Below, one piece after another: positions 1-11,400 of a stretch of DNA of 64,000 nucleotides. The DNA lies in NCBI GenBank assembly GCA_964106645.2, contig OZ067043.1; one strand, given 5' to 3'. Under the pieces are notes generated by a model. It was not told where the DNA came from and searched no databases. It saw only the letters and a list, made by a program, of their open reading frames with translations. Each line of letters begins with the position of its first letter. The stretch's first letter is position 1. The translations under genes were made by a program, and so were the position numbers. This DNA comes from Podarcis pityusensis. Its lineage: Eukaryota.

Positions 1-346
1 CATTAGGCCTCCGGCAATATTAAAAAGTCAACTGCTAATTTAACACTATCAGAACATAATGTTTTCAGGGAGCCTGCTGATACTTGCAGCACCAGCCCAT
101 CCCAGGGCTTTGAGGTCAACTTTATGGCATGGGTAAATAACTTCCTGGAAAAACACGGAGACACTACATAGTACGGGCTTGGGCATATCGCTTAATTGAT
201 GCTGGGCTTTTAATAAACAAACAAGGAAATGAAACCATCTGGTGATGGGCAGCTGGAGCAAGTTCCTTAGTTTGGGCCAGATGTTTACAGCTATGATAAA
301 ATAAGCTCTAGAATCAGAAACGTAGCTCTGCTGGGTAAGGCTGATC

Positions 347-472
347 TCATAGAATCAGAATTGTAGAGCTGAAGGGACCCTGAGGGTCATCTAGTCCAAC
401 CCCCTGCAATGCAGAAATCTCAGCTAAGACATCCATGGCAGATGGCCATCCAACCTCTCCTTAAAAACTCCA
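347..472 (-). mobile_element. CR1 LINE 3' end within the probable SLC9A8 3' UTR or flank
   Basis: ATAGAATCAGAATTGTAGAG...GAAGGGACCCTGAGGGTCATCTAGTCCAACCCCCTGC. Confidence 0.8.
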
Positions 473-2335
473 ATGCTCATAAAGGTGCAGGGTAACAAAA
501 ACAGGTTAGGTATAGTTGTCTCCAGTTTCCATTCCCAGCTTCTGATATGTGCAGCCCAATCTTTTTCTCTGAAGTAAAGCATAAGGAGGATTTTTTGCAA
601 AAAAATACCTTAGATCTTGTGGAGGTCTTACAATTCATGGCAGGGACAGTGTGGGCTAAAGTCTGGCTGCCTTGCCATCAAGTATACAACCTCCTACAGC
701 AGTCTTGGTCAACCTGGTGCCCACCCAATGTTTTGGACTATAACTCCCATCAGGCCTGTGCTGGCTTGGGCAGATGGGATTTGTAGTCCAAAACACCTGG
801 CAGGCATCAGGTGGGCAAAGGCTGTTCTATAGTGCTCGTGAATGGTTTGGGAACACCTGACGCTGTAGTGTCACTGAAGTTAAGGCCTGATCAATAACCT
901 AGACTAAGGCTCCTGCTATATATTGTGCTCTAGGAGGCTTAGTTTGGTCAGAATCAAGTACACACCACCAGAGTTAACACTAAATACATTAATTCCTGTA
1001 AATAAGCCACCACAGAAACTAGAGGGCTGTGAAAATTTGTGTACCAGGCTTTTTAGAAACGTCTACCCATGTATTGTCTGATACCAAAGGGGTGCATTGG
1101 TTGCCAGGTGTGACACCCCACCCCCAGCTCTCCTACCCCATTAAGGCTGCTCATGGCATCAGCCGTGGAAAGGACCATCACTTAGCTTTAGAGACTCCAG
1201 CTGTCCTAGGTACCAATTTACACCTGCAAACCATCAATGGATGGACAGTTTAGAAACGCCAGATGACAATAACTGCGCCTTGCTACGGCTCCAAGCCAAC
1301 AGTGCTGATTAGGAGCCTAATCTTTTGTCATTATGGAGCTCTCCATAGTTCCACCACCCTGGTAGGTTCAAGGGGTGGCAGCCTGGGAGGGGCATATGAG
1401 GTGGCAGCTCCTGGCTGTGGAGTTCCCTCCCTAGGGAAGCAAGTCTGGCAAGTTGACTGTCTGTTTTTCATCATATGCTAACTCTCTGCCCAGGTTTATG
1501 ACACTTCAGAGGTATACATTTTAGTCCCCACCCTATTATTCAGATTATAGATTGATTTAACTGATGCTGCATTTTTACGTTGCTGTAAGCCCGCCCTAGG
1601 ACCTTATGGTGAAGAAAGGAAAGGAATGAATAATACACATGTTCTCAAGTTGCTGTTGAGAGAGAGAGAGCTGGGGATTAAATTCAAGCAAAGTTCTACA
1701 TCACAACTGCAGGGAGGGTGAAGTGTGAGTGAAGTAAAGGAGCAGGGTCAGGCCATTTCAATCTCAGAAATAAGAAAACAGCTCAACATCTTCTGAAATA
1801 CCAGAGACAATGAGGTTTTAATTAGGTGCTTTTCTTCATGCACAGTAACAGTCTTCTGGTACCATTCTTACGCCACACCCCTACCCCATAATATACTAAC
1901 AGAGCAAATATAAAGATGGACCTGAAATAATAATTTAACTTGCTCACCCCACTGACAGAAGTTCACAGTATTATTCATCATTCATTCCCACCACGAGTCA
2001 GTGTATTTGACAAAGTATAGGATAAAGTGCATTACGGGTTGTTTTTTTTGACACAGTCCTACGAAATCTCTCTAATGTACAATCATAATGGGTACAGCCC
2101 ATTTTCTCATTATTCCAAAGTAGATGGTGCTTGCTGTTCAAGGATTCGACATAACTCCCAGAGACATTTGGCATTAGAGATCGTCTTTCGTTTCAAACTA
2201 TGGTGCAACCTTTTCTTGGGAAAGGAGTTTCCGGGTGGCACTCTTACAAAGATGTATACTGAGTACACTCTGCACAGCTCAAGTACTGTCATAAATCTAA
2301 TTTTTGGTGTCATTGACGCAAGGGACTCCACCCTG

Positions 2336-2443
2336 TCACAGTAACTCCTGCTCGTCGTCTTCAGAACCGGAGGGCCCTTGTCGCACTTCTTCGTACCATT
2401 TGTTGGTGAGGGTTTTCATCTGTATGCGTCCGTGATGTAAGTC
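2336..2443 (-). CDS. SLC9A8: SLC9A8 exon 16, coding part with stop codon; the 3' UTR continues toward lower coordinates (end not determined)
   Basis: cttag|[38 protein letters not shown]. Confidence 0.96.
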   Translation of the reverse strand, partial: DLHHGRIQMKTLTNKWYEEVRQGPSGSEDDEQELL

Positions 2444-5400
2444 CTAAGGCAAAGGAACATTGCAACCGCTTAAGACAGCATTTCTATCTTTCCCTGTGTT
2501 GGAAGAACAGCCTGTGGCTGAGAAGTGCGAGTTTTGAACGTGTGGGTTCTGAACAAAGCAGGCACTGAATCTAAACCAATTATGAAAGATTTCTTTGTAT
2601 GCTACAAAATGTTGCTGTAGCTCATCCAACCACGCTGTGAAAAAGGGAGCGTAGTGGCAACATTCACACAGAATAAAGAAACTTTGCAGGTGGAAGGAGT
2701 TTCCCTGCCAGGGTCTGTCTCAGCCTGGGGAATGCCCTTTCTCTCCTGAATCCCACACCTAGCTTCTCTCTCCAGGGAGGCCTGAACGGCACCAATGCTG
2801 TCACTGTTTCAGCACCAAGCAAATATAGGTTTGTTTGTTTTTGTTTGGTGCTACCTAGATGCCTAAGAAACAATGATTGAATGTTTTTACACTAATAGTG
2901 TTTTTAATAAGTTGGGTGTGTGTTTTTACAGTATCACTATATATTTTTCTTCTAAACTGCTTCAGAACATTGCTGTGCGAAGTGATTCCTAAGAATGTGC
3001 TGGATCAGGCCAATGGCTCATCTAGTTCAGCGTTACAGCTGCCAACCAGATGCCAGTGGAAAGCCTGCAAGGTGGACATGAGCTCAACAGCACTCTGCCC
3101 ACCTGCAATTCCCAGCAAATGGTATTCAGAGGCACAATGGTCAAACCCACCTCTTGTGTGAGCCGCCTAGTGAAGAAAGGATTCAAGTATTTAACATCGA
3201 GCCACATAAATCCTTTGAGGTCCTGGCGCTTTAAGTAGTGGGCTTCATACTCTTCCTCGGTGAGTTCGGACAAGTGTTCAGATTCAATGGTGTTACCCTG
3301 GAGAGATCAGAGAAGGGAAATGAAACATCAGAATCCCAAACCATTGTTTCCTCGGTCACTTCTTAGCCTTTCCCATTCACATACTTCACTGAAGCCAATC
3401 AATACTCCCGACAGAAAGCAGCAATATAAATAATAACGATCGTTTGGGTAATGAAATGCCAATTTCCAGCAGACCATTTCAAGAATGTGGGTTCAGAGGA
3501 GGCTAAAATTGCCATGGCATTCGTCAGTCCTGTTCTGATACTGCTGATGGTTATGGCTGTGCCAAACACATGGAGAAGGAAAGCAGCAAGCGCACCTGCT
3601 AGGGACCTAGTATAGTATTTATCCAGGAAGGCCGCTTGCCTCTTTCGTGAATGAAGCCTCTAACTGAGCTTTGCCCAGTCTGGATTTGCACGAGTAGTAT
3701 CAAAGTAGATGGATGGTCAAGAAAGCCACTTCCGCCTGCAGAAGGAGGTGGTGTTGTGGGCTTCACGCCCACACCGTGCGCGCGGCGGCTGGCTCTCAGC
3801 CTCCACATGATTGAGGGAATCCCCAGCCGTGTCATCCCCTGAACAGCCAATCAGCTGGCTCAGGGGCGTGGCCTGCCCTATTTAACACAGGCCGGCCGGA
3901 GGGCGAAACCCCCTGAGCCTGAGGTCCATGCACATGCCACTAAACTGTGGCTTAGCACAACATGTAAACTAGGCTTTTAAGTGTCTTCGATGGGAGATAA
4001 TGACGTTGGAGTCACCAGTGTTTTAAGGGCCGTGGGTGCATTCGGATTTTTGAGTGAGTGATGTGGGAGCTACCTGCTATACCTGGTTCTCTCCCCCTGC
4101 CCTGGATCAGCTCCCTGCTCCCCCCTGCACACAAGAGAAAGAAAGCATACATGTGCATGTGTGTGTGAGCGCTCTTTCTCACACACTGCTCACTTTTCAA
4201 CGGATCTGGGTGAAAGTCAGATCAGGTAGAATGAACCTGGGCCTTGAAAAGCACATGGAGATGAAAGAGAAGTGGGGAAAGGACCAGTCTTCCAAATTCC
4301 TGCTTCAGTTCTAGGTGCTTTTCAGGGGAGAACAAGGTAAGCATCCTCAAGCACTGCATGATCAAGTGGGGCTGTGAGTTGGAGTGGAAAGGTGAGTTCA
4401 GAGGCTTTAGGGGCACTAGAGGAAGACTTCAAGGGCATCTCACCCATGGGAACCACATTGGAATGCCCTGTTTGACACAACACCTGGATATGGTGCAACA
4501 GACACGTAAGGCTTTATGTTCCAGTACAACTCATTTTCTCAGTAAAGCACTGGCCTGTTCTGAACACTTTGCTACCTGCTCTGTACATTGCAGAACAACA
4601 GCTTGGGTACAGCCAACTGTTTCACAGTACTTCTGGTTTGGCAAGAGAGTGGACGTAAGCAAACTTTACTCTTTGGGGAACTCTCTCTGCCTTTCTCTGA
4701 ACAGAGCCGTGCATATCCCCATTTTGAACAGCTTGCCAGTGATTTACAGCTGCCGCTTAATGGCGGAGAGGAACACCACTGTCTCCCTGAGTGATGTGTG
4801 ACTCACTATCTATGTGTTATTATCATCCACTTATATGTGACTCAGTCCACCCAGTGCTATCATGACTGCATTTCAGCAGAAATGCTATTTCACTTAAAGG
4901 AAATAACTTGCCATTAAACTTCAAGTTGTGAGTGGTATTACAAACTGGAAAAGGGCTCTGTCAAGCCCAGGATTAAAGGGCAGAGATGTTCCATGCAGAA
5001 CATTCAGGAGGCCATCAACTCCTTGGCCTGAAGGTCTGGCCTTTCCTTTAATTCGCATACAGTGACAGAAGCGGTCAGAGAGTTTGGCGAAAGTGAAGGA
5101 TCCGCCCCGCTTAAGCCTGGAAGGAAAAGGAGCTCACCATTTTTTCTGTCTTGCTGAGGTTAATGTCCTTCTTGTTCTTTCGCCGGGCTTTGGAGTCTTC
5201 AATGTCGATCAGTCTGATTAAGGGCATGGTCCCTCCTCCCAGTAACAAGATGGTGAACAGCACAATGATGATTGTCGTGGTGCCAATGAGCTGCCGCTTC
5301 TCTATCGGCTCCAAGCCCAAATGGAGGCTCAAGGCATATGGGATGGCCCCACGCAAGCCTAGATGAGCAGAGGGAAAGCCCGCAAAATAAGGAATGCAAT

Positions 5401-8400
5401 TTCTTTACCAATAGGCAGGCTTCTTAAGCTACACAAACAATTTGGTTGTTTTGCTTGTCGCTTTTAGATTGGGCACATCCCATGCCCGGCACCCTGGTTT
5501 CATCTACTGCAGCCCACAGACTTTTGACAAGGCTGCATTTGTCATCCCTTGTTACCCTTCACCCTGTTGGGGAAAAGGTTGCAGCTCAGTGGTAACATGT
5601 TTTTGCATGCAGGAGGTCTCGGGTTCAATCCCAGGCATCTCCAGACAGGCCTAGGAGGACCCCTGGCTGAAGCCCTGAGGAGCTGCTGCGAGTCAGTGCA
5701 GACATAACTGATTTACATGGACCATTGGTATAGGACAGCTTGCTATGTTCCTAGTGTCTCCTTCACAAAATGTTGGACATTTGAGTTGCCTTATGCTAAG
5801 GTCACTGGCACATCCAGCCCAGTATTGCCTACTCTGACTGGCAGTAACGCTGCCCGGAGGTCTCTGTTGGGTTTGGAACTTAACAGGTTAAGAAGTTCCC
5901 ATGATGCCTCAACATTCTGACGTCAGCTTTAGAAGCTGGGAGGAGTCTGGGAGGAGTTTCGTTTACTCTGTTCCTCTCTGGTTCTCTGAGGGAAGAGGTC
6001 GCAGTTCGTCATGGCTGCGGTGAGCCCAGGAGATTCCTGGGGAATGTCGGAATAAAGAACTGAAATGGACAAACCTGGTCTCTGTGTGTGTTTGTCTGAA
6101 GCTAAGTGAAGCTACGTGACAGTTTTCGCTGCTGTGTTCAACTCTGCTGAGGCGTGACTGGAGAGCTACTGGAGACGGAGCTGAGTGGCGCAGCTCGGAG
6201 GAAGCGCGCCGGGCATAAAGAGCTAATTGGGGACCGTAAATCAATTAGCGGGGTCACGCCAATAAATCAATCCAACAGGTTATGGGTGCTTAATCACCGA
6301 TCGTAAAAACTGTCACAGGAACGCTTTGAGGCTGCCGGAATGCGTTTGAAGTCTGCGGTCTGAAGCAGAGACGCTGGCAGGAGTTTTTGCCTGTTGCTAA
6401 GAGGCAAAAGGAGGAGCTGCGGAGCTGAAGAGCAGCTGGAAAATCGTTTCCCGACGGATGGGTGCCGGAGGAGCTTGTAATCTGTGAGTACAGCTTGGGG
6501 CCCCTTGGGAGAACGGAAGACAATGGCAGGCAGCCAGGTCTTGGAGGACATTGCGTTTGAAATGCTCACTCTAAGAAGTTGGGCAAGGGCGTAAAGTCAG
6601 CAAGGGCTGCCTGGGATGTGCTGTGAAGCTTCAGCAGGAGGCCAGAGCCCTGGAGAAAGTATTGAGAAAAGCCTAGAGATGGCTGCAGCCCCTGTTCCTG
6701 ATGTTTTAGCCTCAAGGAGTGCTAGTGAGCAGATCGGGGGGGCGAAGGATTCCAAAGGCAAGTGTAAAGGCTTGTCCACTGTGCGTGCTGGAGTGGAATG
6801 TCAACAAAGCAGGTTCCCAGAAAGCCGCAGTGGGAGCCAGGCCAGAGGGGGCGGAGCTGGCAAGGAGTGCTTTTCCGGAAGAAGGAGAAGGAGGCCGGCT
6901 GGGAGGAGCCCCGGGCAGTGTTTTTCCACTGGAGTTCGTCGTTGCTGCCCATGGAGAGCGGAGACAGCTGGGCAGGAAGGTCCCAAGGTCAACCAGCTGA
7001 GTTCCCATGGGAATCAGTCTCGGAGAGGAGGCCAGCGTGGGAACGCAAGGGAAAGACGTGGCTCAGACGCTGGGGAGGGTTGTTTTCTTATCACTGCTTC
7101 TATGGCAACTGTGAAGAACAACTCCAGCCAGGACACGGTGACGCGCTGGGTTTTGAATACTGCTGTTGGTCAGCACCTGCTAAGCGAGCCTGCTGGCGAA
7201 ATGCGGAACTGCAGGGCTGTTTCAACAGGACACAACTGTGATGTTAGCAGACGGAATGAGAAAGTCGGTTTCTGCTGTGGCTAACATGTCTTTTTCTCCT
7301 TTACAGGAGGAGCAAGAGGTCTACGTTGTGCCGGGACTGAATTGTTGTTTGTTATCTGTATCAGCTCTAATGAAGCAGGGATACAAAATTAGCTTTGAAA
7401 ATGACACCTGTTCCATTTTCAGAGGGGGGAAACAAGTGGCCAACGTGAAAAGGGGGCAGAACAATCTCTTTGTTCTGGAGTCACCTCTGGAGGGTGGTGG
7501 GAATGCTGGAAAAGCACAGGCGCAGTGTGCTAAGGTTCCCAGTCATGTGCAAAAGCTGCACAGGTGCACAAAAGGGTACAAACTCCGGAAATGTGGGAGG
7601 TCCCTAGGGTGCAGGGCATGCAAGGGTGCACAGGTACATGGTTTTCCCGGGTTTGGGAGGGTAGCCAAAGAGCCCTTTGAGCTCTTTGAGGCAGGTGGTC
7701 CAAAGGTTCAGGAAATGATCTTCTGTGGATATGATCCTGCAACCAATGGGTGGAAGTTTGCATACCCAGAGGGTGATCAAACCAAGCTGCTGGTCAGTAA
7801 GCAGGCTGAGTTCTGTGAACAGGATGGGTGTTCAAGACTCAGGGATAGTCCTGATTTTCTCTCAGAATGTCTGTCTGATTCTGAGGAGGAAAGGGAGGCA
7901 GGGTTCAGAACCCGGTGATGGGGACCAGGTCCAAGATCAGGGTTCAGGGCAGGTCTGGGCATCTCCAAAGGTTGTGAAAGGAGTGTCCAGGTGTGAGGCT
8001 TCATCTCCGGTTAGCGTAATGGAGAAAGCTCACAAACAGGGTGTCAAGTCAGAGGGGGAAGGATCTGACGGAGAAGACACAACTGCTGGCCCAAATGGGT
8101 CAGTAGGGTATCAGGTCACAAGTGCGTGGAAAAGTGTCGCACAGTGTGATTCTGGGAGTGTTGAAGGGGTTCAACAGGTGCCTGGGAAAGATGCCGGGAA
8201 GGGGCACAAGGCAAAGGGAAAGGTGTTGAACTCAAAAAGGTCTTGTCAGAATGGTTCGGCAAGAGGGGGTGTTGGGTTTGGAACTTAACAGGTTAAGAAG
8301 TTCCCATGATGCCTCAACATTCTGACGTCAGCTTTAGAAGCTGGGAGGAGTCTGGGAGGAGTTTCGTTTACTCTGTTCCTCTCTGGTTCTCTGAGGGAAG

Positions 8401-11400
8401 AGGTCGCAGTTCGTCATGGCTGCGGTGAGCCCAGGAGATTCCTGGGGAATGTCGGAATAAAGAACTGAAATGGACAAACCTGGTCTCTGTGTGTGTTTGT
8501 CTGAAGCTAAGTGAAGCTACGTGACAGTTTTCGCTGCTGTGTTCAACTCTGCTGAGGCGTGACTGGAGAGCTACTGGAGACGGAGCTGAGTGGCGCAGCT
8601 CGGAGGAAGCGCGCCGGGCATAAAGAGCTAATTGGGGACCGTAAATCAATTAGCGGGGTCACGCCAATAAATCAATCCAACAGTCTCCACCTGGAGGTTT
8701 TTCCCCATCACCTCCTACCTGGCTCCATAAACACAGTATCCACACAGCAACCTTCTACCTGGCCATTCCACTGGAGATGCCTCAGCCAGAGAACTTCGGC
8801 ATGCAAAACTTGTGCTTTGCTGCAGGCTGATGCAGGGCAGTTAAATTAGTAGCATACAAAAATAAATAAATGGAAACTGTAAACTCCTCAGGGCAGGGAC
8901 CTGTCTTTTTGCTTGCATTGCTCCATAAACGTTGATCAGTAGTACAATATGAAGAAATAACTAGGATTTTTTTTAAAAAAAGTATCAAGTAAGCCAAAAT
9001 ACTTACCACTAAACCACATGATGAACATCATTTTTGGGGTGATCTTGTGATCGCGGAAGAAATTGAGCAGGTAGGAGAGGGGGAAAATATTGACAGCTCT
9101 GCCAAAAAGCACAAGCACCTGTCAAAAGGCAAGCAAATTAGCCACTGGGCAAGGGGAAGCATTCTTTCAGGCACATCAGAGCAGTCCAAATTGTAAGTGG
9201 CTAGTGAGGACGCTCCTCAGATCAGCTGATAATCAAGAGTCACAAATAAGTCACTATACACCAGCTCTTCTGCCAGGGGTTAGTATCCAAGGAAGTGATT
9301 CCACCGGAAAAAGGATTTCTATTTTGCACAACTCCCCCTTCCTCTCCTGTCCCTGCGTATGCCCCATGCCCTCCCCAAATCTGCTCAAAAGGGTCAGGGG
9401 GAAACACAGAACAGATTTAGGGGCTGTGCGGGAAGAGGAAGAATTGCATCCATGGAAATAAGAAGCTCACTGCCCCAAATAAAGGGATAATGAAAACTAT
9501 TCCTTTAAAAAGGGGAGTGGGGTGTAGCTCATGATATAGGTTACAATAATGTGTGTGACGTATGTAAAATATTAGATGTATTTTTTTTTATTTCTCAGTT
9601 ATACCCCATCAAAAGACAACCTTCCCATATGGTCCTAAAAGTAGGTATATATATTCTTGTGTATTTGCGCGCGTACACACACAAACTTATCTGTGGAACG
9701 GTCTCCCTTGGGAGGTGGTGGACTCTCCTTCCTTGGAGGTTTTTAAGCAGAGTTTGGATGGCCATCTGTCATGGATGCTTTAGCTGAGATTCCTGCATGG
9801 CAGGGGGTTAGACTAGATGACCCCGGGGTCCCTTCCAACTCTACAATTCGAAGATCATTCATATGCTCCTCCCCCTGGCAATTCCCTGTTCAACAGTGAC
9901 AGAATAACACTCCCTGCTAGCAGCAGTCCCTGCTGTAGACTATTCTCTTTAGACTGCCCACTGAAAGCGGGGAGGGGAATCCATCATTCTGACACTCTTA
10001 ACTATTTCTGACTATGAGACAGTGCAAGCAGCCAATAATCTCCACGTTTACTTGGAAATAAAGCAGCTCTAAATAAAGAGAGACACTTCCAAGGAAATAT
10101 GCAAGGGAGCAGAGTGCATATTAAGTAATCACGACTATATATTGTCAGAGCTTAGGCAAGAGCTATGGGTTTTTTGCACAACCACTGCATAACAACATGT
10201 CGTGTTCTGAGATGTGCACCTTTTGTTTCGAAAGAGAAGCAAATGCCTAGCTCCCAAGGCCTCCAGAGAGCGAAATGGGCAGAGGCAGTACCTCTCCAAG
10301 GTAGCCATCACTGCTTTGTCGTGCTTGTGAGCTTATTATGGAGGCACCCAGCAGGCCAATGCTGGAAACAAGATGCGGGACTGGACAAGTCACAATGTCT
10401 TGCCCTTGCTGGGTGCCTGATTGCAGGGGATTTGTGCAAGGCAGGAATGTCCAAGGCTGTTCCAAGGTCCAATTCCAGGCAAGTTATTTGCTCCAATAAG
10501 GGCTCGGGGGGAAAAGCAAACCAAGGGGCAGCGCAAGGTCCATGCCCCAGGAAGCCGAGGGTCAATGAAGGGCTCAGGAAAAAGGCAAACTGAGGGGCTG
10601 TTCAGGTAAGCAGTGCGTCAAGATCAGGGACAAGATATAGTGCTAGTAGCAATGTGCTGTTCACGCTGCTCTCCCAGCCTCGTAGTGAGGCTCTTAACCC
10701 AGAGCCCCACCCTGGCTCCTGCTGCAGCCTCTTAGAGGTTGGTAAAAGAGCAGCGGCGTGTGGTGAATTTTTCCGTAGGGGAACAGTTAGGGCCAGAGGT
10801 ATCAGCTTGTGAGGGTAGAAGACATAGCTCCATCCAAATCCTCCCCCCTCCCCGAAGAGTAAATTGCAGGTTTCTGTTAGTCTGCTAAATTCTATTCTGA
10901 CAAATAGCAGTTCCATAAACTGAGGGGCCTTCAGATTATGGAACTCCCGCTCCACGGAAGTGAGGGCGGCCTCGACCAAACAAACCTTTAAGCGGACTTC
11001 AAAAACCTGTTCGTCAATCTGATCTATTCACAGAGCTCTGCTAACTCAAGAGCACAGCCACTAAAAGTCGATGAGATTTCATTAGGGCGGACATTTCTAA
11101 ATTATAAGAAAATCCCACAACTCCAGAGTGTGATTGTTAGTTTACTTAACTTTCTCAATCACCCCGTTCTTGAGACCTGCATTTCTGAACTTTTCACATA
11201 TACCCAGATAAATATACTACAAAGAGAATATATGCCAAAATCACAGACCCTTGAGAATTTTGACCAAGATAGAACTTTTGAAAAGCTCTGTCTCAGGCTT
11301 TTGACATGGTGCCCCTAAGTGCAGTCACCAAGAATGCTTTGCCATTATTCCTATTTTGCAAAAGAGAACCTTTTTTAAAAAACCAAAACAAAACACAATG

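Larger units (their letters stand above)
5865..8682 (+). mobile_element. Non-autonomous Ty1/Copia LTR retrotransposon with both LTRs, in SLC9A8 intron 13, antisense to the host
   Basis: Two 413-bp LTRs (TGTTGG...CCAACA), 5-bp TSD GTCTC (5860-5864 / 8683-8687), Copia-type PBS GGTTATGGG at 6278, PPT AAGAGGGGG at 8261-8269, Copia pol remnants in the internal ORFs. Confidence 0.95.

Noticed and set aside
6616-8288. Long ORFs of 222, 226 and 187 aa as a novel host gene or operon
   Set aside because: They lie between the Copia LTRs and contain frameshifted gag-pol remnants.
5963-8649. Duplicated 93-aa antisense ORF as a gene pair
   Set aside because: It is simply the reverse strand of the two identical LTRs and has no recognisable protein features.
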